DNA from: Candidatus Syntropharchaeum sp.
GTDB taxonomy: Archaea; Halobacteriota; Syntropharchaeia; Syntropharchaeales; Syntropharchaeaceae
Direction of reading: 5' to 3'
DNA length: 64,000 bases
Assembly: GCA_026134025.1 (NCBI GenBank)
Contig: JAOQII010000002.1
Location: 6,008 to 70,007, forward strand
Shown: piece by piece, positions 39,601 through 48,815 of the stretch
How the letters are laid out: every line of letters starts with the position of its first letter
Numbering within the stretch: position 1 is the stretch's first letter
Program-made: the position numbers and the translations under genes
The notes under the pieces: model-generated
The model's input: only the letters and a program-made list of their open reading frames with translations
Database searches by the model: none
Told to the model about the DNA's origin: nothing

Positions 39601-40661
39601 GGCTTCGGATTCCAGATGACCTTGAGTTGCCCATTACAGCGGTTGATAAGCCACTGGCTGGTCTGAAAGTTGTTATAGACTTTGGTAACGGCTCTGCATG
39701 GAGGACACAACGTGTGTATGAAAATCTGGGCTGTGAGGTCATTGGCTTGAATCAAAAACCTGATGGAAATTTCCCAGCCCATCATCCTGACCCCATCAAG
39801 GCAAAATACCGAAAAGAGCTTGAAGAAACTACTGTCAGGGTTGCAGCACAGGAGAAAGAGAAGGAAGTTGTGGGGTTCGGGCACGACGAGGATGGGGATC
39901 GCGTAATTTTTGTCAGATCTGATGGAAAGGTTGTTGAGGGAGATCGGACGCTTGCGATACAGGCGAAAGATATAATAGAGGATTACAGCACAAGAGGGAA
40001 AAAACCAAAATTCATCGGTGAGGTTAAGTTCTCACGGGTTACAGAAGAGTTCATAACGTCGAGTGGGGGCGAGTATATCATGACACCGACGGGTTTTGCC
40101 TTCATAAAGGAGCGGATAAAGGAAGAATACAAGAAGGGGGAAGATGTTGTGCTTGCAGCAGAGCTTTCAGGACATCAGATGACAGGGCATGAAGAGAACT
40201 GGATGTTTGATGACGGAACAATGGCAGCCTGTAAACTTCTTATTGTAATCGCAAAGGCAAGGTCTGAGGGCAAGACGTTCATCGATCTTGATGAGGCTAT
40301 TCCACGCTATCCTGCAACACCTGAGATAAACATAAAACTTCCAACGAATGCGCTCGATGAGAAGGAGGAGATTGTGAGAACAGCTCTCAGGCGATTTGAA
40401 GAGATGGATTTTGAGATAGATTACACTGATGGTGGCTTGATAAAGTGGTATGATGACGAGGGTTGGGCGGGGCAGGCACTCATCAGAAAATCAAACACAC
40501 AGCCGATGATAATATGCAGGGTTGAAGGCAGGGATGAAGCGAGAAAGGAAAGGGTCGAGGCAGAGTTCTTCGGCGTGCTTGAGCAAATATCGACCGATGT
40601 TCTCGATAAGCTTGATCTTGAGTCTGATGATTACCTCAGGGAATGGAAAGTTAAGAGATAA
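36690..40661 (+). CDS. Multidomain protein: nucleotidyltransferase-like + type I phosphomannose isomerase + phosphomanno/glucomutase
   Basis: TAGLGKRMAP...K (N-terminal); LSVQVHP, KTESWY, GTLHAIG (PMI); ITASHNP, DEDGDR, ELSGH (PMM); start moved downstream of the tRNA. Confidence 0.85.
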   Translation: MREIIKNCEGFDRIIVVTSNKNQAAFWKKRLDGVKDQIIGQNSKIYVVLEEWKAGQLLGTLNAWNEACKEEDLDALLENGGKVAIYHTAGLGKRMAPIVQSEGGDKSAIKLPGLLEYDGQKVPMRLLEAVIYQSSIFAPSRRGRICVFWTDQVFIPSGDVEFEGKHHVELLSIRREAPRTREDWDQNWRSYGLVIPDDDGAMMLEKQTWDEFTRLIDGGIIKPKKGKFVIAKGLGCFSISHKFFIEVLAAFRKDLEERGKLDTDPDLWMPLTSPQFVETEKRARVEGLIDKFAPGDLIFKDKDVGADTYWWDFGQVRLYHQNLLKLTEETEEGEVMRTFFRIWNGSSVVDSVIKDSDLRACVVISSRLKGVRAKNSVIYNCIELSGFSAEKEVVADIFHPLKGKIRMRAEISRDGKKDWNQRISPNSYTYEELECLMRDVSMDEIHKERRVWENYFTLDLGAEFDRLKYSGVRFKENLVLKAWGYESWLCSAHPANPSMIRVRDLDIPLIHLLNHCGSSIIGKQIYSDFKGEFPILTKFINAEENLSVQVHPSDEDAELLGEVERGKTESWYVIDAKPGAKIYLGLKEGISDLSAITEDDLNAIEVKANDVFLIPAGTLHAIGGGILLFEIQESSDITYRVWDCGRGRELHLEKARVVCVFDQDPTNLKQSPEQVNGEIVLVDTLYFTLSLIESGKEETMGSFHLLTAIEEDAVLEVDGRHEELKKGDTVLIPASIPAYRIRSRGKVLKSYLRTPEQIDPVIFQTYDVRAHESKLPDRVCYYLGKGYGTYLRRLKGAPEGELWVCIGGGIRLSTPRIRKSLIAGVLSSGVNVYDLGITSTPELYFSIPFLGADGGINITASHNPAFYNGLKQVIKSDDGFISSINRDEMLEIKRTILESDFLEGKGRSMKVEEGSIPRYHNILVESNCRLGREIWIHLLKNWNLRELLDTLSNVSFPEKADRKSLKAIKERLRIPDDLELPITAVDKPLAGLKVVIDFGNGSAWRTQRVYENLGCEVIGLNQKPDGNFPAHHPDPIKAKYRKELEETTVRVAAQEKEKEVVGFGHDEDGDRVIFVRSDGKVVEGDRTLAIQAKDIIEDYSTRGKKPKFIGEVKFSRVTEEFITSSGGEYIMTPTGFAFIKERIKEEYKKGEDVVLAAELSGHQMTGHEENWMFDDGTMAACKLLIVIAKARSEGKTFIDLDEAIPRYPATPEINIKLPTNALDEKEEIVRTALRRFEEMDFEIDYTDGGLIKWYDDEGWAGQALIRKSNTQPMIICRVEGRDEARKERVEAEFFGVLEQISTDVLDKLDLESDDYLREWKVKR

Positions 40662-40680
40662 AAAGCGTGAGGTCTTATCC

Positions 40681-42006
40681 TCACAGTATCGGAAGAAGCT
40701 TCTCCAGCTCATAAGGTGTGATACGCACCCTGTAATTATCCCACTCAACTTTCTTGCTCGTTATGAAGTTCTGGAATATATGATCACCCAGCGTCTTTCT
40801 GATTAGTTCACTCTCTTCCGTGATACCTATCGCTTCTATCAGGCTTCCAGGGAGGGAATTGATCCCGAGTTTTGCTTTTTCATCTTCGGTGAGGTGGTAG
40901 ACGTCCTGCTCAACCGGGTCAGGCAGTTCATACTTATTCTTGATCCCCTCAAGCCCTGCTGCAAGCATAACAGAGAACGCAAGATAGGGGTTACACGCCG
41001 GGTCAGGACTTCTATATTCAACCCTTGTAGCCCTCTCCTTTCCAGGCTTGTACATCGGAACTCTCACAAGGGTTGATCTGTTCCTTCGTGCCCATGTAAT
41101 GTAGACCGGTGCTTCATATCCTGGAACGAGACGCTTGTATGAGTTCATCCACTGGTTTGTAACAGCGGTGATCTCCTGTGCATGACTGAGAAGTCCTGCT
41201 ATGTAGTACCTGCATGTATCTGATAGACCAGCTGGATCGTTTGCATCGAAGAATGCGTTACGATCCCCCTTGAAGAGGGACTGGTGCACATGCATACCCG
41301 AGCCGTTCACACCAAAGATCGGCTTTGGCATGAATGTTGCATAGACCCCGTGCATCCTTGCAATCTCCTTTACAACCATACGGTAGGTCATGACATTGTC
41401 TGCCATCGTGAGTGCATCCATGTATCTCAGATCGATCTCATGCTGGGATGGTGCAACCTCGTGATGGCTATACTCAACATATATACCCATTGCCTCGAGG
41501 GCAAGGATCGTATCTCTCCTCCAGTCTGATGCTGCATCAAGCGTTGTCAGATCGAAGTATCCGCCTTCATCAAGTACCTCGGTGCCGAGTTCATCCTTGA
41601 AGTAAAAGTACTCAAGCTCAGGTCCGATATACATCGTATAACCCATCTCATCCAGTTGCTCGAGGTTGCGTTTCAGGGCATATCTTGGGTCCCCCTCGTA
41701 AGGGCTTCCGTCTGGCTGTAGAATATCGCAGAACATCCTCCCAACCGCTTTTTCCTTTGGTTTCCATGGTATCAGCTGAAAAGTTGTAGGATCTGGCTTT
41801 GCGAGCATATCACTCTCATCTATCCGTGCAAATCCCTCGATAGATGATCCATCAAAACCCATCCCTTCGGCAAATGCGCCTTCAAGCTCAGCCCTCTGGA
41901 TCGCAAAGCTCTTGAGCTGCCCGAGGATGTCTGTGAACCACATCTGGACGAACCTTACATCTTTCTCTTCGATCTCCTTATATACTTCATCTACATTATT
42001 CGTCAT
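40681..42006 (-). CDS. glnA: Glutamine synthetase type I
   Basis: FDGSSIEGF, HHEVAPSQHE, ATFMPKP, NSYKRLVPGYEAP. Confidence 0.97.
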   Translation of the reverse strand: MTNNVDEVYKEIEEKDVRFVQMWFTDILGQLKSFAIQRAELEGAFAEGMGFDGSSIEGFARIDESDMLAKPDPTTFQLIPWKPKEKAVGRMFCDILQPDGSPYEGDPRYALKRNLEQLDEMGYTMYIGPELEYFYFKDELGTEVLDEGGYFDLTTLDAASDWRRDTILALEAMGIYVEYSHHEVAPSQHEIDLRYMDALTMADNVMTYRMVVKEIARMHGVYATFMPKPIFGVNGSGMHVHQSLFKGDRNAFFDANDPAGLSDTCRYYIAGLLSHAQEITAVTNQWMNSYKRLVPGYEAPVYITWARRNRSTLVRVPMYKPGKERATRVEYRSPDPACNPYLAFSVMLAAGLEGIKNKYELPDPVEQDVYHLTEDEKAKLGINSLPGSLIEAIGITEESELIRKTLGDHIFQNFITSKKVEWDNYRVRITPYELEKLLPIL

Positions 42007-42142
42007 CTATGAACCTCAGTTACATACTTTTCATTCAGTAGGCTTCTATATAAACTTAATTGAGAACTTTTAATAAATCTTATGAAAAATTACTGATTCA
42101 ACAACAAAAAATATATAGTAGTAAAAATTTAATAGTCGAATG

Positions 42143-42155
42143 AGGATATTATCCT
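42143..42155. promoter_or_regulatory. 13-bp palindrome AGGAT-ATT-ATCCT, candidate Lrp/FFRP operator
   Basis: 5-3-5 inverted repeat between divergent glnA and lrp. Confidence 0.4.
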
Positions 42156-42308
42156 GAAACCCCCAACACGTCTCACTCTTGCCCTTGATGATGAGACCGT
42201 GAGGATCTCCCAGAGTGAGCATATCAGAAGAGCTTTGAGGTTTTATCGTGACTATAAATCGATCGTTGATCCTTGGGGGAAGAGATGCTCCATGAAGGTG
42301 AGCACATA

Positions 42309-42761
42309 ATGACACAAAGAACAGATGAACTGGATATTAAGGTGATAAGGGAGCTTAAGAAGGATGCAAGAAGAAGCTACAGGGAGATAGCAGAACGGCT
42401 CGGGGTTTCAGAGGGGACGGTATATAATAGAGTTCAGAAACTCAGAGAGAACGGCGTGATAAAGCGGTTCATACTTGATATTGATTATTCCCTGCTTGGA
42501 TATGATCTCACTGCATTAATCGGGTTGACTGTGGAAGGGGGACACCTCACAGAGGTTGAGGGGATAATAGCAGAAGAACCGAACGTCTCTGCGGTCTTTG
42601 ATGTTACAGGAGATTATGATGCGGTCATTGTAGCAAAGTTTAAGGGTAGAAAGGAACTCAACGATCTTGTAAAAGATATTCTATCGATCCCGCATGTTTT
42701 AAGGACACATACGATGATAGTCCTGAATGTTGTCAAGGAGGAGCACGGGGTTGAGGTTTAG
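42309..42761 (+). CDS. Lrp/AsnC family transcriptional regulator
   Basis: DARRSYREIAERLGVSEGTVYNRV HTH; VTGDYD; AGGTGA SD before the ATG at 42309. Confidence 0.93.
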   Translation: MTQRTDELDIKVIRELKKDARRSYREIAERLGVSEGTVYNRVQKLRENGVIKRFILDIDYSLLGYDLTALIGLTVEGGHLTEVEGIIAEEPNVSAVFDVTGDYDAVIVAKFKGRKELNDLVKDILSIPHVLRTHTMIVLNVVKEEHGVEV

Positions 42762-42983
42762 GGATCTGTTTATAATCCGTCAAAGGTTGAATAGAAGTGA
42801 CCCAGCAGAAAGTATCACAAAATCACAGATAAGGGACGGGGGGAGTTTGAAAGGGCAAGAGAGATTGATATCGGCTTTCAATGTGCATTTTGAATGAGAA
42901 TTAGCTACCAGATATCTCCACGTCTTGATGCCTGATCGTACAATGTCGCCTAGCAAAATCCAAAAAAAAGGAGGAAAAGGGGC

Positions 42984-44057
42984 TTATCGCCACTTTCCAA
43001 GATATGTCGCGATGGCAAGCGCCACAATACCGAACACAATCTCAAACCCAGGTGGCTCTTCTGGTGTTGCGGTTACTGGAACTTCTGTTTCTGTTTCAGC
43101 AGGCATGGTGCTGATCCCATAGATCCTATCGATCGTCTCCTGGGGTATGAACGAACCTCCCTGTCCGAGTATTTCACCTTCACAACCATCGCAGAGTACT
43201 TCCTTGTTCTCGTGACAGAATGCACAATCCTTTGCTTCAGCTGTTACCGTGTGTGCGAACCATTCACCATAGCCTGTATGTGTTGCATTAGATTCATTCA
43301 TAGCTGTCATTTTAACAAATGGCTTCACCTTACCATCAGCAGCAACGCCAAGATAGAACTGTGTGCTGTCAAAGGTGGTGCCTTTCCTGGTATCCAGATG
43401 GCAGTTCTCACACGTCACCATCCATCCCGAATGGCAGGCGGTACAGTCAAGCTTTCCTTCGTGCCTGCTGTGCGCTTCAATATTGGAATCGTACTGCGTC
43501 ACGGGCATGTCCTTGACAGTCTTTCCTGGACTTACGTGACAATCTTCACACGTCGTCGTGACTGCTTCAAGCTGGCTCGTGTACACGTTCCCATCACCGT
43601 GTAATTCCGTGGCTGTATGACAATCTATACAGGTAAGCCCTTTCTCATAGTGGATGTCTGCATGAGGGGCTTTGCTCTTGTGTACCGGCATATCACCGAT
43701 AAACGTCGCGGTTTGCTTCTTGAAATGACACTGATCACAGGTATCGATCGTTATCTCTCCACCATGTCCACCTTCATGACACTTCTCGCAGGTTGTGGCG
43801 TGACACTTGGAACAGTTCCACTCTGCATAATATTCGTCCATATCGATGCCAAAATGCTCTGCTGCGTATTTCTCGTACTCTCCCTTCATCCCTGCACCCG
43901 TATAGTGGAGTGATGTTGCAAAGTTTGCTGCAATCTCTGGATGACAGCCTTCACACCCGCCAAAGTCCTGGGTTTCGTCCGCCATAACCGAATTCACAGC
44001 CCAAATTGAGAATATTACAGCCATAAATATGACTGACATCTTTCCGATCTTCTTCAT
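42984..44057 (-). CDS. Extracellular multiheme cytochrome c (9 CxxCH) with PGF-CTERM anchor
   Basis: Signal peptide; CEGCH, CSKCH, CEKCH, CDQCH, CIDCH, CEDCH, CTACH, CENCH, CAFCH; C-terminal PGF-TM-KWR. Confidence 0.92.
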   Translation of the reverse strand: MKKIGKMSVIFMAVIFSIWAVNSVMADETQDFGGCEGCHPEIAANFATSLHYTGAGMKGEYEKYAAEHFGIDMDEYYAEWNCSKCHATTCEKCHEGGHGGEITIDTCDQCHFKKQTATFIGDMPVHKSKAPHADIHYEKGLTCIDCHTATELHGDGNVYTSQLEAVTTTCEDCHVSPGKTVKDMPVTQYDSNIEAHSRHEGKLDCTACHSGWMVTCENCHLDTRKGTTFDSTQFYLGVAADGKVKPFVKMTAMNESNATHTGYGEWFAHTVTAEAKDCAFCHENKEVLCDGCEGEILGQGGSFIPQETIDRIYGISTMPAETETEVPVTATPEEPPGFEIVFGIVALAIATYLGKWR

Positions 44058-44294
44058 TTTATTTCACCTCCCTGTATATTTGTTCTCTTTTTCACCTCTA
44101 AATGATACCTTACGCGTAGAATCAGAGGCATACTTTGATAGTATCATATATGGCTACCATTTAATGTAACTATTATATAAATTTATTGATTTTTTTGGGG
44201 ATAAGCTATGGAGAATCTTGAGATCGTATCAAAGATAAATTTTATATAAAGAAATAGCATACTCGTTACATGTAAAAAGACGGAGTGAGGTCTT

Positions 44295-46793
44295 TTGAAG
44301 TTGCAAAATCCGTTCAAAGATCAGGATACGGTGATAACGTCCATCTATGGCATACTTGTTGCGATAATCACTGGCATTGCGTTTTATATACGGTGTCTCC
44401 CAAAAGCAGATGTTTTTGGCGGTAGTTTTGTCAAGTTTGGCGGGAATGATCCATGGTATAATATGCGGATCGTTGAAAATACGCTTACACACTTTCCACA
44501 CCGCATCAACTTTGATGCCTATACATATTTTCCACATGGTCAATATCATCCGTTTGCCTTCCTTTTTGATCAGATACTTGCATTCATCATATGGGTGGCA
44601 GGGCTTGGCTCACCATCACATGAACTCATGGAGTTTATAGGTGCCTATTATCCTGCCGTGCTTGGTGCACTCACCGTTATACCGGTCTATATCATCGGAA
44701 AGGAGATATACAACAGGAATGTTGGTATCCTGTCAGCCGCACTCATCGCTGTTCTGCCAGGGCAGTTTCTCTCACGTTCACTTCTCGGATTTACAGATCA
44801 CCACGTGATGGAGACGCTTTTTGCAACGTGGGTGATTGCGTTCTTTGTGATCGCTGTAAAGTCTGCACAGGATCGCGTAACACTGGATCACATCCTGAAT
44901 AAAGACCTTAATCATCTCAAAAAGCCGATCTTCTACTCAATTCTTACAGGGATCATGCTCGGCTCATATATACTTGCATGGAAGGGTGGTGTGCTCTCGG
45001 TCTTTGTGATTCTCGTCTATCTGCTGCTTCAGGCGGTAATTGATCATATGAAGGGAAAGGATCTTGCATGGCTTCTTTTAATCTCAATTCCTGCATTCAT
45101 GATTGCAATTTTGATGATCCTGCCTTATATTCATCCATCAACGATCGATATAAGAACCGTTGCAGCGCTCTCAGCATCGATTCTCGGGGTGGCGATTCTT
45201 GCTGGAATCTCACATCTATTGCGAGTGAAAGAAATTGAACGGGCTGCATATCCTTTTGTACTCATCGTCCTTGCAGGAACTGGTCTTTTTGCTTTCAGTA
45301 TCATCGCACCTGATCTATATCACTCGATGATGGCGATGTTCAATGTCTTCTCACCCAAAGCAGGTGCGCTCACGGTTGCCGAGGTTCATCCAATGACGGT
45401 CTTTGATCCTTCCATTTCACAGAGTGAAGCATGGGTCTGGTTTACAACACCATTCTTCATCGCGTTCATTGCGTATGCCTGGATTGTATACAACCTCCTT
45501 TTTAAAGATGGAAAAGGAGAGGAACTGCTCTTGATCACGTGGAGTGCTCTGATGCTCTATGCATCGCTTGGTCAGAACAGGTTTGCCGCATACTATGCGA
45601 TCAATGTTGCGATACTCACAGGATTCATTTCATGGAAGTTCATTGAGTTTGGTCTGGGATCACAGAAGCACGAACCTGTAAAAGCAGATGCAAAGAAGCG
45701 GCATGAGCATAAGGACAATAGGTTTGCAAGCTTGAAGAAGTACATTAACCTTGACATCATCCTCATCCTTGTAATCATCTTTGTCGTTATCTTCTACCCA
45801 CCGATCTTCACGCCCAGAACAGGCGCACTTGATAGCGCCAGATATACAGGTGGTCCACAGACAGACTGGTATGAATCTCTCACATGGATGCGTGAAAATA
45901 CACCCGACTTTGCAACCGATAGTTTTAATTATTACACGCTCTATCCGGATATCCCGCGGGGAGAAGACTATCCATATCCATCGAGTGCATACGGCGTCAT
46001 GTCATGGTGGGATTACGGGCACTGGATCACGAGAATCGCCCACAGGATCCCGATCGCAAACCCGTTCCAGGCCGGGATCGGAGGTCCACATCAGGGAGAT
46101 AGACCTGGAGCATGTGTCTTCTTCATCACAAGAAATGAAACAGTAGCAAACGAGGTGATGGACGCACTCGGTGGAAGATATGTCATCTCTGACTTCATGA
46201 TGGCAGATGCGTGGAACTCCTTCTACAACAAATTCGGAGCGATGACGGTCTGGGCAGATGATACTGGTGGCTATTATGGGAGGATATTAAACGAAAAGGG
46301 GCAATATGAGACCGTGCTCACAGAGAAGTACTACTCAACGATGGAAGCACGATTACACATCCTGGATGGAACGTGGATTGAGAGGATTGAGCCGCTCAAG
46401 AACTATCGATTGATCCATGAGTCAAAGAGCATGATGCCGATAACGATAGGTGACGACCCCATCAGGTTTGTCAAGATCTTTGAGTACGTTAAGGGCGCAG
46501 ACCTTGTTGTAACTCCTTCTCCTGGCTTGAATGAGACATTTGCCACCGTCACGGTTGAGGTCTTAACGAACCAGGGCAGAACCTTCAACTACACACAACC
46601 CGCAACGCTTGCTGACGATGGTAAGTTTCATTTCACACTTCCATACTCGACCGAAGGACCGATTGAGGGCGAGACTCAGTTCGATACCGCGCCAACAGGT
46701 CCGTACACAATTGAGGTCGGGAATGTAACACGTGAGGTCAGGGTTACAGAGCGGGACGTGCTCGATGGTGGTCTGATTGAGGTAAATATGTAA
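44295..46793 (+). CDS. aglB: Oligosaccharyltransferase AglB (STT3)
   Basis: NDPWYNMR, DHH, TVAE, SWWDYGHWI, ANPFQAG. Confidence 0.95.
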   Translation: MKLQNPFKDQDTVITSIYGILVAIITGIAFYIRCLPKADVFGGSFVKFGGNDPWYNMRIVENTLTHFPHRINFDAYTYFPHGQYHPFAFLFDQILAFIIWVAGLGSPSHELMEFIGAYYPAVLGALTVIPVYIIGKEIYNRNVGILSAALIAVLPGQFLSRSLLGFTDHHVMETLFATWVIAFFVIAVKSAQDRVTLDHILNKDLNHLKKPIFYSILTGIMLGSYILAWKGGVLSVFVILVYLLLQAVIDHMKGKDLAWLLLISIPAFMIAILMILPYIHPSTIDIRTVAALSASILGVAILAGISHLLRVKEIERAAYPFVLIVLAGTGLFAFSIIAPDLYHSMMAMFNVFSPKAGALTVAEVHPMTVFDPSISQSEAWVWFTTPFFIAFIAYAWIVYNLLFKDGKGEELLLITWSALMLYASLGQNRFAAYYAINVAILTGFISWKFIEFGLGSQKHEPVKADAKKRHEHKDNRFASLKKYINLDIILILVIIFVVIFYPPIFTPRTGALDSARYTGGPQTDWYESLTWMRENTPDFATDSFNYYTLYPDIPRGEDYPYPSSAYGVMSWWDYGHWITRIAHRIPIANPFQAGIGGPHQGDRPGACVFFITRNETVANEVMDALGGRYVISDFMMADAWNSFYNKFGAMTVWADDTGGYYGRILNEKGQYETVLTEKYYSTMEARLHILDGTWIERIEPLKNYRLIHESKSMMPITIGDDPIRFVKIFEYVKGADLVVTPSPGLNETFATVTVEVLTNQGRTFNYTQPATLADDGKFHFTLPYSTEGPIEGETQFDTAPTGPYTIEVGNVTREVRVTERDVLDGGLIEVNM

Positions 46794-47130
46794 GAACGAT
46801 TCTCTCTCCTTTCTTCAGATCTGCCCGCTCAATTATCCCTGCTGGTAGTTCAATTACAAACGAGACCGGTACCTTCGATGATCTGTATCCGATAAAGGGT
46901 TTCAGGGTTGCGAGATCCAGGATTTGGAGTGATTTATTCAGAAATAGCAGATCGATCGGAAAGAAAACGAATAACATGTGGATCCTGACAACTGTTTCCT
47001 TTTTGAACGGAAAAACGAGTGCCGTATCCTTGAACGTACGCCTTAACATCAACCCTCTCACCTTTCTGAGGTAACTGTCTGCACACTCAACGTTTTCTGC
47101 GATCACACGTCCATCCGCCTTTATGATCAG
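46744..47130 (-). CDS. DUF192 family protein
   Basis: ADSYLRKVRGLM, IHMLFVFFPIDLLFL, VIELPAG; start uncertain (CTG at 47130 proposed). Confidence 0.8.
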   Translation of the reverse strand: MIIKADGRVIAENVECADSYLRKVRGLMLRRTFKDTALVFPFKKETVVRIHMLFVFFPIDLLFLNKSLQILDLATLKPFIGYRSSKVPVSFVIELPAGIIERADLKKGERIVLTYLPQSDHHRARPAL

Positions 47131-48815
47131 GTTATCCCCTCCATGGCCCCAAATCCACCTATCATCGATGCTGTACCTTTCAGCGTGAGAACCGAACTCA
47201 TCGCACCGATCCACATCATTATAACAAAGTGCAGTGTTGCACCTTTGAGGCTCCCCCCTTCAACAAGTTTGATCATGATAGCAGATGCGAATGAGTGTCC
47301 TACGAGAATCACCAGGAGGAGAACATTCAGTATCGTGGGATCAAGCGTCTCCTGGAGCATGCCGCCAACAACCTCCTGGGGAAGTGATGTTGATGAGAAT
47401 AGGTCCTGCATCGTCCCAACGATTCCAAGCGATAGATAGAGTGTGACCGCAACACCCGCCGTGAGACCGTACATCACACCCACAAGACTGCTTCCTGTCT
47501 GGTATCGCTGTGTCCTCAACCCCATGATATGTATGAAGTTATTTGAGATGATATTACCTGCGGAATCTGCCTTGCCACCAACATCGATCGACTCGATGAA
47601 CATATCAGAGAAACGCTGAATCAGGCTGCTTCCGGTCTCTGCTGCAAAGTGATACCATGAGCGCATCTTGTTGACACGAATCGCCAGCCGCTGATAGAGG
47701 TTGTTGACGTCCTGAGTTAATGCCCCAAAATCATGTGCCCTCAGATCTTTGAGCGCAACATCCACGATCCCCCCTCTTGCAGCAGCAGACGCACCCAGTG
47801 AACGGATGAAGGATGCAAAGTTATCATCCCTACGCTTTATATCCGCCTCTGCCTTTTTGATCACATGACCTATGAGTATGAGCGGCGTGAAGATAATCGC
47901 AGCCTTGAGCTGTAGTGGAAGATCGAGTTGCAGGAGAAGAATTAAAATCAGCATTAGAAGGCATCCTGTGATTGCGACAGGAATTGTTCGCTTTATCTTT
48001 TGCTCCCTCTCTGTCTCCAGATTGACCGTGTGCCAGAGTTTCTCATGAGGGGTCTTTGTATTGACAAAGAAGACCAGAACCGCTTCCATGAATATGAACA
48101 TGAAGACCGTCATCGTGATCATCTGTGCCGGATCGACACCGGTTATAAGAGGCATTATGATCGCGAACGATGCCATAAATATCAGCGCCATCACCATAGA
48201 TAGGTACATCTCTTTCATCAGCTCGATCTGGTAGAGCTGTCCTCTGTATACAACGTCATACTGCTTCATCACAACCTCCTGCTCACTCGTCAGGAAAACA
48301 TCCATCGCCTCACCTGCATCCATCGCGTGTGCCAATCGATCGAGAAAGTCTGAGAGAAGAAGTGAAGGAGTTCTTCTGCCGACAAACCTGCACGCCTCTG
48401 ACATGCTTAAATGCCATGTATCGACCATCAGGAAGATCTTACTGATCTCGTCTGCAAGCGCCCCGTATTCCTCTTTTTTCTTGCGAAGAAGCTCAAATAT
48501 ACCTGTCAGTGTGAGATCAGAGGTTGCTAAAACGCCCATGTGAGTTATGAAGTAGTGCATGTTGTTGTTGATGTCTGCCCGCTTCTTATCGACCGCCATC
48601 TTCGGATAGGCGACAGCGACCAGGGCGCCAAAGAGCGGGATCAAATAGATGACCATCCTGAATATTCCTTCACCAAATACATCAGGAAAAAGCAGGAGCA
48701 CAACAGCCGCAAATGTGAAGCTCATCAGGATGATGGGTGCAGCAAATCGCTTGATATACCGATCCACTGGCATATCAAAGCAATCCATTGTGCCTGGCAT
48801 ACTTTTTATCACCAA
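47127..48815 (-). CDS. arlJ: Archaellum/type IV filament platform protein ArlJ (FlaJ)
   Basis: 562-aa polytopic protein with two T2SF-like domains; downstream of the ATPase. Confidence 0.85.
   Translation of the reverse strand: MVIKSMPGTMDCFDMPVDRYIKRFAAPIILMSFTFAAVVLLLFPDVFGEGIFRMVIYLIPLFGALVAVAYPKMAVDKKRADINNNMHYFITHMGVLATSDLTLTGIFELLRKKKEEYGALADEISKIFLMVDTWHLSMSEACRFVGRRTPSLLLSDFLDRLAHAMDAGEAMDVFLTSEQEVVMKQYDVVYRGQLYQIELMKEMYLSMVMALIFMASFAIIMPLITGVDPAQMITMTVFMFIFMEAVLVFFVNTKTPHEKLWHTVNLETEREQKIKRTIPVAITGCLLMLILILLLQLDLPLQLKAAIIFTPLILIGHVIKKAEADIKRRDDNFASFIRSLGASAAARGGIVDVALKDLRAHDFGALTQDVNNLYQRLAIRVNKMRSWYHFAAETGSSLIQRFSDMFIESIDVGGKADSAGNIISNNFIHIMGLRTQRYQTGSSLVGVMYGLTAGVAVTLYLSLGIVGTMQDLFSSTSLPQEVVGGMLQETLDPTILNVLLLVILVGHSFASAIMIKLVEGGSLKGATLHFVIMMWIGAMSSVLTLKGTASMIGGFGAMEGIT

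Noticed and set aside
36552..40680. Integrated element at tRNA-Asp
   Set aside because: No integrase seen and no repeat of the tRNA 3' end noticed in the window
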